NCBI GenBank assembly: GCA_964016885.1
Contig: OZ024757.1
Span: 20,894,001-20,958,000, forward strand
Length of the DNA: 64,000 nucleotides
DNA from: Eledone cirrhosa
Lineage: Eukaryota
Direction of reading: 5' to 3'
A program made the position numbers and the translations under genes. Below the pieces are notes generated by a model. It was not told the origin of the DNA, searched no databases, and worked only from the letters and a program-made list of their open reading frames with translations. Of this stretch, positions 40,241-54,073 are shown piece by piece. Within the stretch, counting starts at the first letter, position 1, and the number at the start of each line of letters is the position of its first letter.

Positions 40241-40574
40241 ATGGCAATTACATGCATTTGGAATTGAAACACAAAGAAGTTGAGGGTTAAGGCTAGCTAG
40301 TAATCTCATGAATACAAGTTCAACTAGGGGCAAATGAAGCTGGGGGGAGAGGTGGGCGAAAATACCATCAAGGCCCTTGTGTCATATTGCCATGATGCTA
40401 ATGATGATGATGTCAATGATGAGGACGATGATGATGATGACAATAAAGATAAGGACGATGGTGATGATGGTGACAATGACAATGATAGCAACCATTGAGA
40501 GAATTATCTAATCTCAGCTTTTGTTCCCAGTCCTCAGAGAAGAACAAAGTGATTAAATAAATACATGTACACTC

Positions 40575-41132
40575 AGCTACTTTCACTACAAATAACACCT
40601 CCTACTTCTACACTTCTACACTTACATTCCTTCCAGCTACTTTCACTACAAATAACACCTCCTACTTCTACACTTATACACTTACATTCCTTCCAGCTAC
40701 TTTCACTACAAATAACACCTCATACTTCTACACTTCTACACTTACATTCCTTCCAGCTACTTTCACTACAAATAACACCTCCTACTTCTACACTTATACA
40801 CTTACATTCCTTCCAGCTACTTTCACTACAAATAACACCTCATACTTCTACACTTCTACACTTACATTCCTTCCAGATACTTTCACTACAAATAACACTT
40901 CCTACTTCTACACTTACATTCCTTCCAGCTACTTTCACTACAAATAACACCTCCTACTTCTACACTTATACACTTACATTCCTTCCAGCTACTTTCACTA
41001 CAAATAACACCTCATACTTCTACACTTTCATTCCTTCCAGCTACTTTTACTACAAATAACACTTCCTACTTCTACACTTACATTCCTTCCAGCTACTTTC
41101 ACTACAAATAACACTTCCTACTTCTACACTTC
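40575..41132. repeat. 60-bp (and 51-bp) tandem repeat
   Basis: cagctactttcactacaaataacacct recurs every 60 bp. Confidence 0.95.
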
Positions 41133-41509
41133 TAGCATCCATTACCTCATCAATGATTTGCTGACTTCTCCAATATTTTATTCCTATACTTACTACACCT
41201 GTCTCTACCACTCTCACTTATCATACTCCCACTCCCCCTACTCCAACTACTCCTCCCACGCCATCTTGCACTTTAAAACATCTGATTGATGTATTTTTTA
41301 TGAATAGAACCCCCCCCCCATACAACGTCCCCCCTCCTCCACCCCACACAAACATACAACCTCCCCCTCCTCCACCCCCACCATATATCTCCCCTCCATC
41401 CCACCCCACCTCCACCATACAAGATCCCCCTCCTCCACCCCACCATACACCATCTGACCCCCCTCCACATCACAACCACTTGTTTATGTTTATTCATTTC
41501 TTTTTATTC

Positions 41510-41766
41510 TTGTGTGTGTGTGTGTGAGTGCATGTATGTGTGTGTGTGTGTGAGTGCATGTATGTGTGTGTAAGTGTGTGTGAGTGCATGTATGTGTGTG
41601 TGAGTACATGCATGTGCGTGTAAGTGTAAGCGTGTGTGAGTGCATGTATGAGTGTGTGTAAATGTGTGTGCGAGTGCAAGAATGCGTGTGTAAGTGTGGG
41701 TGTGTGAGTATGTATGAGTGCATGTATGCGTGTGTGTGTGTCTGTGTGTCTGTGTGTATAAGTGCA

Positions 41767-41801
<35 letters not shown>

Positions 41802-42152
41802 AAGTGAGTGTGTTTGTGAGTGCATGCATGCGTGTGTGTGTGTGTGTGTGTGTGTGTAAGTGCATGTATGTGTGTGTGTGTGTGTGTGTGCGAGTGAGTG
41901 TGTTTTTGAGTGCATGCATGTGTGTGTGTGTGTGTGTAAGTGTGTGTGAGTGTGTGTATGCGTGTGTGTGTGTGTGTCTGTGTGTCTGTGTGTATAAGTG
42001 CATGTATGTGTGTGTGTGTGTGTGCGAGTGAGTGTGTTTTTGAGTGCATGCATGTGTGTGTGTGTGTGTAAGTGTGTGTGTGAGTGATCTATGCAATAAG
42101 TAGCAGATCAGGGAACAATCAGTGCTGCCGAATGAATGGAAAGTAAAGTAAA

Positions 42153-42195
<43 letters not shown>

Positions 42196-42550
42196 TCGTT
42201 ATAAAGGGGTATAAAAAATAAAATAAAATGTATAACCATGATCCTCGTTTATAAAATATGTGTGTGTGTATATATATATCTGTGTGTGCGTGTATATATA
42301 TATATATATCTGTGTGTGTGTACATATGTATATATATATATATCTGTGTGTGCGTGTATATATATATATATCTGTGTGTGCGTACGTATGTATATATATA
42401 TATATCTGTGTGTGCGTACGTATGTATATATATATATATATAAATATCTGTATGTGTGTATGTATATATATATATGTGTATGTATGTATGTATGTATGTA
42501 TATATATATGTGTATGTATGTATGTATATATGTATATATATATATATATA
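41510..42550. repeat. Compound (GT)n and (TA/TG) microsatellites
   Basis: Direct reading. Confidence 0.9.
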
Positions 42551-43210
42551 TTTAACGGTGGTACAAAATATATTGATTCAATATCCAGTTCGTTTTTATA
42601 TTGAAATTTGTGTGGACTTAGAGTTGACTTGGGGCAGGGGTGAAGTCGGGGGTGGGGGTCAGATTGAAAGATCAGAGGTGACAAAAAAGATGAATAATAA
42701 GAAAAAGTAAAATAAAATAAAATAAAAGTGAATTAAAAATTACATGTGTGTGTGTGTAACAGCAGTTACAGGCAGTACATGTATGTATATATATGTGTGT
42801 GTGTGAGTAATAAAATATTCAAATAGCAACCATGTGATGGAATATGGTAAAAATGGGAACTCAGCAAATAAATAAAAATATACATAACTAAAGAAGCAAG
42901 CCAAGAAAGGTTTATTTTATAAATAGACATTCAAACACACAAACACAAACACACAAACACACACATTTATATGACTTTTCCAAAATGGCCAACTAACTGT
43001 ACAAGTTTTCCTCTGAAAAATATATTTTTCCCCATTTTTTTTTACTCTTGTCTTTCTTTCTATTCCTTCATCTATCTTCTGATGAAGGATTAACATCTGA
43101 AACATCAAACCACTTTTACTACTATATTAAATGTTAAACAAACCCATCATCATTGTACTGTGTTGTTCTGCCATGAAACACAGTAAAATAAAGAATTATA
43201 TTAGTTTAAT

Positions 43211-43281
<71 letters not shown>

Positions 43282-43742
43282 AATAATGGAGCTGCGGCGT
43301 TGCAAATGGGTTACATATGAAAAAGTAAGTCCTTCATCAGTGGCCTTCCAACTGTCCTAGGCATTTCATCGCTTTAAGGGCCATATACCTCAGGTTGGTG
43401 CGAACAACGGCTAAAAAAAGTCGTTGGGACACGTAAATAAAGGGGACGCTGGGGATATATGTATATACATATAGATATGTAAGTATGTATGTATACGTAC
43501 ATACATATATGTATACAGACGTACAGTAGCATGCATATATATATATATATATATATATACATACAGGTACACATACATATATGTACGTATCAGTTTATTT
43601 CGTTTCATTATATTACAACTTATCGTTTTCGGTACGCCTGGCCGACTGAACTCACTCGATATGCAAATTAGGCTGCTCAGCCGTTAATTTTCATAAGGAA
43701 AGTATATACTTTCGAACGTTCAACTATCTGGCAGAAGGGTAT

Positions 43743-43785
43743 ACGGTGCTGATGATAGCTAACAAGCTTGAAACTAGTACATCGT
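43743..43785 (+). ncRNA. Minimal hammerhead ribozyme (family H)
   Basis: ACGGUG-CUGAUGA-U AGCU AACA AGCU U-GAAA-CUAG-UA-CAUCGU; lies between inverted arms ~43477-43597 and 43901-44013. Confidence 0.85.
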
Positions 43786-44169
43786 TCCTGTGTCAGTGTT
43801 GAACAAAAAGGTGACGTGGTTGCCTTAACACCGTACGGCATAAATCAGGCTGTTCGTTTGTTTACAAACGAACAAAGCGGGCGTTATAATAAACGTTCAC
43901 TAAACTGATGCGTACATATATATATGTGTACCTGTATGTATATATATATATATATGCATGCTACTGTACGTCTGTATACATATATGTATGTACGTATACA
44001 TACATACTTACATTTAAGTAAGTGCTGTACTAAGAGTGAGAAATGAAATTTCGTTTCATTATATTACAACTCATATAGATATGTATATATATATATAGTA
44101 GTAACACAACAGTTAGTTCACCATACCGAGAACAATTGTTTCACCTCGAGCTGAGGATTTGCATAAGTG

Positions 44170-45153
44170 ATCCACCATCTGAGTGAGTTTCTTGGTCAGT
44201 GTCCAAGTCTCAGACCTGTACAGCAGTACAGACTCCACTACAGCAACAAAGAGACGGATCTTCAGGTCTTTACGAAGGTCCGACTTCCACACCGATCTCA
44301 GACTGTAACACGCAGCCCAGGCTTTGTTCGTCCTCTCAACCACACCGTCTTCTGTATTCCCAATCTTTGCTCCCAGATACAGGAAGTCCTCAACCAATTC
44401 TAGTGGCTTCCCGCCTACATTAGTGATCCCCTCTGGCTTCTTAATATTCTCTACCAGATACTTCGTCTTACTCTCATTCATTCTCAGCCCCACACCCATC
44501 GACACAGTCTCCACCTCCTGCATCAACACCTCTGCCTCCTTCACTGTGTTTGTCACCAGAACTATGTCGTCGGCAAATCCAGCACCTGATACCTTTTTTG
44601 CCTTAACTCTCCTGCTCTGAGCCGGTGCTACAGTAAAGCGAGAGTCCTGGTGTTTCTCCAGCGCAAGACACATACAATAGACCACTGCGATGATAAAAAG
44701 GTAGGGAGCCAATGTATCTCCCTGGAGCACTCCAGCCAGTATCTCAAAGAACTCCGTCATTCCATCAGGTGTAATGACTTGGGCTTTGGTGTTGGTGTAG
44801 AGCAGTGATATCAGGTCCACTATCTTCTTGGGGATTCCATAAGCCTGTAAGATCTTCACCAGGCAGTGATGGTCCACAGAATCAAAGGCCTTCCTAAAGT
44901 CAATGAAAACCATGACAGCAGGAAGGCCTTTTGCTCTAGCTCCCTCTAATATCTTCCTCACCATCAGGATGTGACGGATGGTTGATCTACCCTCTCTGAA
45001 GCCCTTCTGGTTGTCTCTGAGCTTCTTCTCCATCTCGGGCTGGATTCTGTTAAGAATCTTCCAGTTGAGGGTCTTTGCCACAAGTGACGTCAGTGAGATC
45101 CCCCTGTAGTTGTGGGTGTTAGAGAGATCTCCCTTCTTTGGCACTGGGACGAT
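44170..45153 (-). mobile_element. RTE-clade LINE reverse transcriptase fragment (open frame, both ends truncated)
   Basis: IVPVPKKGDLSNTHNYRGISL...QKGFREGRST...FIDFRKAFDSV...GVLQGDTLAPYLFII...FADDI...FLYLG. Confidence 0.92.
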
Positions 45154-45199
45154 GTTATATATACACATATATATATATGTAATATATATATATATGGTT

Positions 45200-45538
45200 G
45201 GAGGCACATGGCTTAGTGGTTAGAGCATTGGCCTTGCAATCGAAAGGTTGTGAGTTCAATTTTCAGACCAGGTGATGTGTTGTTTCCTTGAGCAAGACAC
45301 TTTATTTCACATTGCTCCAGTTTACTCAGCTGTATAAATGAGATGATAGGGACTGGGGTCCCTATCATTCCACTGCAAAGTGGTCGTGGAGGTGGCACGG
45401 CAAAAAAGCACCCAGCACTCACTGTAAATGAGGTTGGTGTTAGGAAGGGCATCCAGCTGTAGAAATCAAGCCAGAATCAGTTCCCGTCCCACCCTGGCAA
45501 GCAGGGAAAAAGCGGACGTAAAATGATGATGATGATGA

Positions 45539-45542
<4 letters not shown>
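45200..45542 (+). mobile_element. SINE family 1
   Basis: Full copy. Confidence 0.9.
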
Positions 45543-45583
<41 letters not shown>

Positions 45584-45593
45584 AATATATATT

Positions 45594-45634
<41 letters not shown>

Positions 45635-45685
45635 GATGTGTCTTTGCACATACAAGCTCACATATCTGATGAGATGTTGAAAAGA

Positions 45686-46057
45686 GTGAGACAGTGTCAC
45701 CTTGATTTTACCCTAAGTGAGACAGCATCACCTTGATTGTACCCTAGGTGAAACAGCGTCACCTTGATTGTACCCTAGGTGAGACATCGTCACCTTGATT
45801 GTACTCTGAGTGAGACAGTGTCACCTTGATTGTACCCTGAGTGAGACAGCGTCACCTTGATTGTACCCTGAGTGACACAGCATCACGTTCATTGTACCCT
45901 GAGTGAGACAGCGTCACCTTGATTGTACCCTGAGTGAGACATTGTCACCTTGATTGTACCCTGAGTGAGACGGCATCACCTTGATTGTACCCTGAGTGAG
46001 ACAGCGTCACCTTGATTGTACCCCGAGTGAGACAGCGTCACCTTCATTGTACCCTGA
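45686..46057. repeat. 31-bp minisatellite, ~12 copies
   Basis: gtgagacagcgtcaccttgattgtaccctga unit. Confidence 0.95.
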
Positions 46058-46542
46058 TCTGATCAATATGGAAACAATTGTACAAATAAAGCCAGCACCT
46101 ATGCCTCAGCACTCACTTTGGCTCTTTTAACCCCCCCCCCCCCCCCTCTCTATATATACATATATAAGCAAAGAGATATTTATCACTCATGCTTTAGTTA
46201 TATTTTAAATTTCTTGATTGATATTCTACCACTTCAACAAAATTTTTATTTTTAACGTTTTAATTTGTAAATTCACGTACACTCTAATATTAATATAAGC
46301 TTCTCTTTCTTCTTTATTTATCCTAATAATTATTTAATTCTACCTAGCGTCTAAAAATAACGATTTTTTTCAGCCCTACGCTTCAACTTCATTTGCATAT
46401 TCATCAAAATAATTTGAAATATTTGTTCTTTTTCCTTTCTTCCTCTTTTTTCCTTTTCCCTCTATCCTCTCACTATCCAAACAGAACCTGAACTGTTAAG
46501 GTCTGATTCCTGGGTATGTCACTATTTATAAAACAAATTTTG

Positions 46543-46603
46543 TATTTTATCTGATGAGACCGTACCAAAGTTTTGCTACCATTGAAATATATATAATAGA
46601 ATA
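46543..46603 (+). ncRNA. Decayed hammerhead (family I)
   Basis: UAUUUUAU-CUGAUGA...GAAA-UAUAUA-UA-AUAGAAUA; stem II eroded. Confidence 0.55.
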
Positions 46604-46644
46604 AATATAGTTTTATAAATATAGTTTCCAATTATTAATATCAT

Positions 46645-46691
<47 letters not shown>

Positions 46692-46822
46692 GAGGTTATA
46701 TTTAATTTGTTGGGATTCAACAAGCTTAAACATTTTTATAACTGATATAAAGCACTCAACAAGTTAGTGGAGTAAATACACAATATATTAATAAATGGAA
46801 ACTATATTTATAAAACCATATT

Positions 46823-46888
46823 TATTTTATTATATATATTTCAAGGGCAACCAAGGCAAATTATGGTGCCCTTTCATCAGATAAAATA
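46823..46888 (-). ncRNA. Hammerhead ribozyme (family I)
   Basis: Minus strand: UAUUUUAU-CUGAUGA-AAGGGCACC...GGUUGCCCUU-GAAA-UAUAUA-UA-AUAAAAUA. Confidence 0.85.
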
Positions 46889-47033
46889 CAGATTTGTTTT
46901 ATAAATAAATATTGACATACCCGGAAAAAAAGATACCCTTAACGGTTGGAGCTTCCTATCCAGGAAGCTCCAACCATTAAGGTTGTCTTTTTTCCGGGTA
47001 TGTCAATATATATTTATTTATAAAACAAATCTG

Positions 47034-47099
47034 TATTTTATCTGATGAAAGCGCACCATAATTTGCCTTGGTTGCCCTTGAAATATATATAATAAAATA
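47034..47099 (+). ncRNA. Hammerhead ribozyme (family I), inverted partner
   Basis: Same motif on the other arm of the ~180-bp-arm palindrome 46779-47143. Confidence 0.8.
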
Positions 47100-47364
47100 A
47101 ATATGGTTTTATAAATATAGTTTCCATTTATTAATATATTGTATATATATATATATAGAGAGAGAGAGCGAGAGAGAAGAAAATGCCAAGTAGATGCAGA
47201 TATTAAAGTCATTTATTTATAAGGCTGTGATACACATTTCAATGATGCCAGTGGCCACACGATCGCAAGGGAACAGGCAAAGGCTTCAAAAACATCATCT
47301 TTGTCCATTTCCTTGCTGTTTTAGGTTGGATTGCCTTGACAACGTAACTTTATTATGTAATGAA

Positions 47365-47439
47365 GCTGTCTGATGAGATCATGGCACTGGTTGTGCGCAA
47401 TAGTGTGGCCACTGTTGTCATTGAAATATGTATAACAGC
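47365..47439 (+). ncRNA. Hammerhead ribozyme (family J)
   Basis: GCUGU-CUGAUGA-long imperfect stem II-GAAA-UAUGUA-UA-ACAGC; diverged inverted arm at 47177-47262. Confidence 0.7.
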
Positions 47440-48194
47440 CTCATTATTTATAAAAGACTTTAACATCTGCAACTACTTCGCATTTTTCTTATTCTAAATA
47501 TACTCCGCCATTCCTACGTGGAAAAAGTACGTAGAGTGCTTGAATTGCATCAATGTTTACCTTAAGTATCTATCTATTTATCTATCTATATATATATTTG
47601 AACACTTCTCACTCTTGATTTAGCTTCCTTTCATATAAAAGCCATTGAAAATGTTTACTACCATAACATTTTTTGATTTTTTTTTTTTTCATCTTCACTC
47701 TCTCCCCACCCAACCACTCTGCCCCTCACCATTACCTTCTCTCTTGACATTTACACAAACTATAACTTCTTTCTGTCCCTTTTTGCTCTCCCTCTGCACC
47801 CCCCTCCACCTTTTATCCTTCTTTAATCCCCCCCCCCCCCCACTACATCTCTAACTATTTTCTTCATATATTCTCTCTAAACACTTTATCATTCTGTTTT
47901 ATTCTTCCTTGCTTCTTGCTCTTAGAAACCAAATGCACTGTGTGTGTGTTTGTGTGTGTTTGTGTGTCTATACCAATGCAATGTATGCATGTGTGTGTGT
48001 ATGTGTGTATAATGATGCAATGTATGTATCTATACTGATGCAATATATGTATGTGTGTATATACTAATGTAATATAATATGTGTCTAATGAAACATTTGC
48101 CCTCTAGTACCTCTTTTCATAGGTACCATTGCTATCTCTAACATTTCTATAAAAACCCACTTTTATTCATCTATCATTATTATTATTATTGAGA

Positions 48195-48423
48195 TACGGC
48201 CCTTGCCATTCTGAGTTCAAATCCCGCCGAGGTTAACTTTGCCTTTCATCCTTACGGGGTCGATAAAATAACATACCAGTAATGCACTGGGTAATTGCTG
48301 GCTTTTTGTGCCTAAAGTAGAAACAATTATTATTATTATTGACGAAGGACTGTGACGAGTGGGGAGATGCTGTGCTGAATAAGACCCATTCCACCCTTGC
48401 GAGCAGGGAAGAGCGGACGTAAA

Positions 48424-48462
<39 letters not shown>

Positions 48463-48760
48463 GAGATGGTGTATTGACAGTATTCATAGAGGTAGACAGT
48501 ATTTGGGTGCAACTTTCTATGTTCTGAGTTCAAATCTTGCCACGGCACTTTTTACCTTTCATCCTTACGGGGTCGATAAAATAAAGTACCAGTAATGCAC
48601 TGGGGTAATTGCTGGCCTTGTGCCAAAAAGTAGAAACAATTATTAATATGATTGTTACTAAGTGAGGGTGGAGGATGGCAGGATCGGTAGAGTGCCAGAA
48701 ACATGTTTTGTGGCTACGACTTTCTCGGTTCTGAGTTCAAATCCCACTAAGGTCAACAAA
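48195..48760 (+). mobile_element. Cluster of Meta-type SINE copies with an RTE 3' fragment
   Basis: Three gagttcaaat-bearing SINE pieces and a LINE tail at 48340-48460. Confidence 0.75.
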
Positions 48761-48942
48761 GTAAGATTCCTGTCATGAGAAACTGTGCAGGATCATATGT
48801 AAACAACTAGTGGGCCGCTGTTGACCCATCTGAGTACTTGATAGCATGTAGGAATGTATATAAGCAAAATGTAAAGCCCCTCCCCACCATGGGGGTCAGT
48901 ACCTCTTTTTTGAGTACCAACCTGTTCAACCCTTGGTGTTGT

Positions 48943-49600
48943 GGACATTAAACAATGGACATTAAAAAGTAGACATTAAACAATGGACATTAAAAAGTAG
49001 ACATTAAACAATGGACATAAACAATGGACATTAAAAAGTAGACATTAAACAATGGACATTAACCAATGGACATTAAAAAGTAGACATTAAACAATGGACA
49101 TTAAACAATGGACATTAAACAATGGACATTAAAAAGTAGACATTAAACAATGGACATTAAAAAGTAGACATTAAACAATGGACATTAAACAATGGACATT
49201 AAAAAGTAGACATTAAACAATGGACATTAAACAATGGACATTAAAAAGTAGACATTAAACAATGGACATTAAACAATGGACATTAAAAAGTAGACGTTAA
49301 ACAATGGGCATTAACCAATGGACATTAAAAAGTAGACATTAAACAATGGACATTAAACAATGGACATTAAAAAGTAGACATTAAACAATGGACATTAAAC
49401 AATGGACATTAAAAAGTAGACGTTAAACAATGGACATTAACCAATGGACATTAAAAAGTAGACATTAAACAATGGACATTAAACAATGGACATTAAAAAG
49501 TAGACATTAAACAATGGACATTAAACAATGGACATTAAAAAGTAGACGTTAAACAATGGACATTAACCAATGGACATTAAAAAGTAGACATTAAACAATG
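48943..49600. repeat. 14-bp two-variant minisatellite
   Basis: acattaaacaatgg and acattaaaaagtag units, mostly in AAB order. Confidence 0.95.
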
Positions 49601-49635
49601 ATGATTAGTCCATTATGGCTGCCATTACTGAAAGA

Positions 49636-49834
49636 TATGAGGGTAGGCTGAAAGCTTCATAGGCTGACTATGAAGGAGTGATGCTAGCGCTGTGAAATCT
49701 TGCATGCATTAATTTCATCTCTTATTAATCACTGCATTGTTTCTTTCCAGGGACTATATTGAAAAATAGACCTCATTTGGTCATTCCATGAGAGTATCAT
49801 GGTCAGCCTATGAACATTTCAGCTGACCCTTGTA
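49636..49834. mobile_element. Mariner-derived MITE
   Basis: TIRs tatgagggtaggctgaaagcttcataggctgac and gtcagcctatgaacatttcagctgacccttgta, TA ends, internal DYIEK* remnant; partial second copy at 50466-50643. Confidence 0.8.
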
Positions 49835-49984
49835 GATACAAATAACCTTTAGCTGTAATGTTAATTACACGTATATATCAGAGACTTTATATATGTTGGG
49901 GAGCAGGGACAGAGGCACCATAATCTCTTCAGTATTTAAGGCCTCAATAAGGTCTTAATTTGGCCCTTACTCATTACAGAAGTC

Positions 49985-50222
49985 TGTCACAAGCCCAGTT
50001 TCTGTGGTGTGAATCGACTGAGAGTAAATGACTTCCCCCTGGACAGGACGCCAGTTCATCACATGGTTAAATCTCCAGCTATTGCTGGTACTCATTTTCA
50101 GTATACTGGAGCAATGTGAAATGAAGTGTTTTGCTCAAGAACATAACACGCAATCCAATACAGTAATCAAACCCATGACATTATGATTGTAAATGCAACA
50201 CCCTTACCACTGGGCCATCCAC
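49985..50222 (-). mobile_element. Nin/Deu-domain-like tRNA SINE
   Basis: Minus strand: gaactggcgtcctgtccaggggg block after a CORE-like cttgagcaaaacacttcatttcacattgctccag segment. Confidence 0.65.
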
Positions 50223-51188
50223 TGTCTCAAAGAACCAGAATAAATACTTCTAGACCTCATGTTCCATCTGGACTTAAACAACTATAATCACTTAAAATCT
50301 ACTTAATTCAATTGATAGCACAGATATAGTTAAACAACATTTGTATTAAATGTAGTGAAATTAATGAGATTAACTCGTTAATCAGATTAGTAATTTTACT
50401 GGCTATTAACTTCATCTTAAGAGATGAAGTTATTTTATTTTGTTTTCAAATATTTACATCTATGATGACTGACTATGAAGACTGATCTTAGAGCTGTGAA
50501 ATCTTGAATGCATTAATTTCAACTCTTCTTATTAATAACTACATTGTTTCTTTCCAGAGACTGTGTTGATAAATAAGCCTCATTCGGTCATTCCATGAGA
50601 GTATCTTGGTCAGCCTATAAATATTTTAGCTGACTCTCATATACTATGTTTTGATTGGTAATAATCTCTGACTATGATCAGTACAGTCAGTTGATAAAAT
50701 TAGAATTCTTCAGTAGATCTATTTATGATTAAAGGTGTTTTATTTTCAGATATTGTTATATCTAGGACTACATTATCTTAATACTGTCAAATATCTACCA
50801 ACAATAAACAAGATCTTTCAATACATGGAGTCTACAAAAATAGGCAACAACAGAAATTTTTAGTTGTTTTTCACTTTAAAAAAAACACGATTTATGTTCC
50901 CATTAGCCTTTGTTTCTTTTTCTCTCTCTTTATCTTGTTTTTGTTTCTTAATTGTAAAGAGCACTAGTTACCTACCCTAGTCTGTATGACTTACTAGCTT
51001 TATAATATACTAGCAGAATGGCCTGGCCTTGCTTGAAATTTGCTCCAGGGTTCTTATATACTTGATATATATTTATCCTTATTGAACCTCGTGAAATAAA
51101 TACGTTTGTTTATATTTTGTTATTGTGTATGCAAAAATATCTGTACACGAATATATAATTATATGTATATATTAAAATAACAGGTTAA

Positions 51189-51239
51189 AGTTTAAGCAAA
51201 GAATCGCTGCTTTCACCCTTAACGGGATCTTCTGAAACT
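51189..51239 (-). ncRNA. Hammerhead with U4A core (family F)
   Basis: Minus strand: AGUUU-CAGAAGA-UCCCGUUAAGGGU-GAAA-GCAGCGAUUCUUUGC-UU-AAACU. Confidence 0.7.
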
Positions 51240-52824
51240 AAAAAAATCAATCTGTGAACGCAGAAGTAAATATTTCGAAAAACGTTACAAAAAATCCCTC
51301 CAAATTCATAATCATTTTCAGATTTAATTGAAAACCATAGGCAATGTTTGTCATTAGAAATCTGGTAATGAAAAAAAACAAAAAAAAACCCTAACATTTT
51401 CAAAGTATTGCAGGTTTTGTTTGCCAGGTAATGGGTAACTTTTTATTCTTCTGAGGAGAAAAGCTTAAAGTACTTCCTTAGTTCTGTAAATATATAAAAT
51501 CAATCAACGAAGTTCCCGTAGCTGGTGCAGCCAGTCGTTAGGGTGCCACTGTTTTACTGTATATCCATTATGGCATATCAATGGGCCTTAGATATGCTTT
51601 GTAGCACCCATTACCTTTCCAAGCGTTCATTCCCTCACTAAGTTTAGCCTACCACCATGGGCAGTTCTTGGAGTGTGGCTGAACTGGAGCCAAAAATGAG
51701 AGTCAGGTGAGAACCAGTGTACCTGTTCATCTTTAAAGATACTACTACCAAATATCAAGGTATTCTCTCTCGCCAAACAACCACACTTTTGAGATAATGT
51801 ATTTTTTTTTGTTTTAATCCTGAACAATGGACGATATGTCTGTTATAGCAATAATGATTTTTTTCAGATCATTTCACTCTATTTTCAAAGGAATAAATAA
51901 ATATATAGGCCCTCTGAAAATTTGAAAGACCTTTTAAAAATCAACCTTATTATATGCAACCTCAGTAACCTGGAAAATCTTTAAGTGGGTGTTCATGGTT
52001 TATATCAATTAATTGAAAAATATTTTCAATCAGATTTTCATTGTTAAAAATCGAATGAAGCATTCATAAAGCCGTTCTATTCATTAGTGGCCATTCACAC
52101 ATGTATAAGTATTTTTTTTTTTTTAAAGCAGGGAAGAAGGGGGAGGGGTGTGTGCTCTTTCTCCTCTTTTTCCATACTTTAATTTTGTTTTGTTTTTGTT
52201 TTATTTCCCAGACTAGTATAATTGCTGGAATGCAGTTGCTTGCTAGAAATTATGATAATATTCTTTGGTGTGGTAACCGTCAAGAGAGAAGAGAATGCAC
52301 TAATTTAATCAACTGTTAAGTGTGGTGAAACCATTTCAATGAGTTTAACGCTCCAACCATTTTACTGCCTTATTTTTCTATTTTTTTTGTATACTTGTTG
52401 CTTATTTAAATATTTTAAAAACTCATTTTTAAAAATGACACTTTGAGGCAAGAGATTAAATTTGATTTTTGTTTTTATTTATTTTATCTTCATCGTTTGT
52501 TTAACGAATTCAAATTAATTCAATAAAAAAAAAATGTAAAAAAAAAATATTTGAAAAGTTCAACAAAGAAGAATGAGATTAAAAATAAAAAAAGGGGAAA
52601 AAAAGGAGCTGATATTATTGGCTACTTCTTACACGCGACAGCACAGTCTAAACAGATGTTCAAATGAGTTGGGGGAATTTTCTACTTGTTGATAAAGTAT
52701 TTTATTGTTGTTGTATCATGGTTCTGTTTTGTGAAATCAAGTGATATGAATTATCGGTGAGTGTAATATCATTAGAATAATCAGCTCCACTTTAAACTGG
52801 CTGTATTATATTGTGAACTGCCAC

Positions 52825-53540
52825 AAATATATAGTGTGTAATGTAGTATAGCTAAATATATAGTGTGTACTGTAGTATAGCTAAATATATAGTGTGTACT
52901 GTAGTATAGCTAAATATATATTGTGTACTGTAGTATAGGTAAATATATATTGTGTACTGTAGTATAGCTAAATATATATTGTGTAATGTAGTGTAGGTAA
53001 ATATATATTGTGTACTGTAGTATAGCCAAATATATATTGTGTACTGTAGTATAGCTAAGCATATATTGTGTAATGTAGTATAGGTAAATATATATTGTGT
53101 ACTGTAGTATAGCTAAATATTTAGTGTGTACTGTCGTATAGGTAAATATATATTGTGTACTGTAGTATAGCTAAATATATATTGTGTAATGTAGTGTAGG
53201 TAAACATATATTGTGTAATGTAGTATAGGTAAATATATATTGTGTACTGTAGTATAGCTAAATATATATTGTGTAATGTAGTGTAGGTAAACATATATTG
53301 TGTAATGTAGTATAGCTAAATATATATTGTGTACTGTAGTATAGCTAAATATATAGTGTGTACTGTAGTATGGGTAAATATATATTGTGTAATGTAGTAT
53401 AGGTAAATATATAGTGTGTACTGTAGTATAGCTAAATATATAGTGTGTACTGTAGTATAGCTAAATATATAGTGTGTACTGTAGTATAGCTAAATATATA
53501 GTGTGTACTGTAGTATAGCTAAATATATAGTGTGTACTAT
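52825..53540. repeat. 29-bp minisatellite, ~24 copies
   Basis: aaatatatagtgtgtactgtagtatagct unit. Confidence 0.95.
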
Positions 53541-53549
53541 TTCTGTAGT

Positions 53550-53765
53550 ACCCAAGAATGTCTCAGAAAAGAGTCGCTGAACAGATTTTATGGGCAAAAT
53601 CAAGAAGCAGGCCACCCAGGGGTATGTCCTGAGCATGATGGTTGGATAACATCCATGCTCTCGCATGGGGATACAGTAAGATAAATTGGAGATGATTTCA
53701 TCTGACAGGATCTGCTGGAAGGAGTTTTTGAGGACTCAGTCCCTGTGACCCTCACAAGAATATGT
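53550..53765 (+). mobile_element. Decayed RTE-clade LINE C-terminal fragment
   Basis: RMSQKRVAEQILWAKSRSRPPRG...WLDNI..LAW...SDRICW. Confidence 0.55.
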
Positions 53766-54018
53766 GGGAGAAGCAGAAGAAGAAGGATGCCCTTCCTTTC
53801 ACCAACCATATATTCTCACAATCTACAGGATCTACTGGGTAAATCTATTATGGCACCAACACTAGAGAAGTGGTCCTACTTTGACTGAAGGGTTCTCTCA
53901 ACTTCTTTTAGCAGGGTTTCTAACAACAGCAACAACAAAAACAACAACAACAACAACAACAGAAACAACAACAATAATTATACATTTTGGCGAGCAGATA
54001 TTCAGACTGACAATATTT

Positions 54019-54070
<52 letters not shown>

Positions 54071-54073
<3 letters not shown>

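Noticed and set aside
51009-51036. Possible second Helitron 3' end (ctagcagaatggcctggccttgct)
   Set aside because: Hairpin is degenerate and no other end can be identified.
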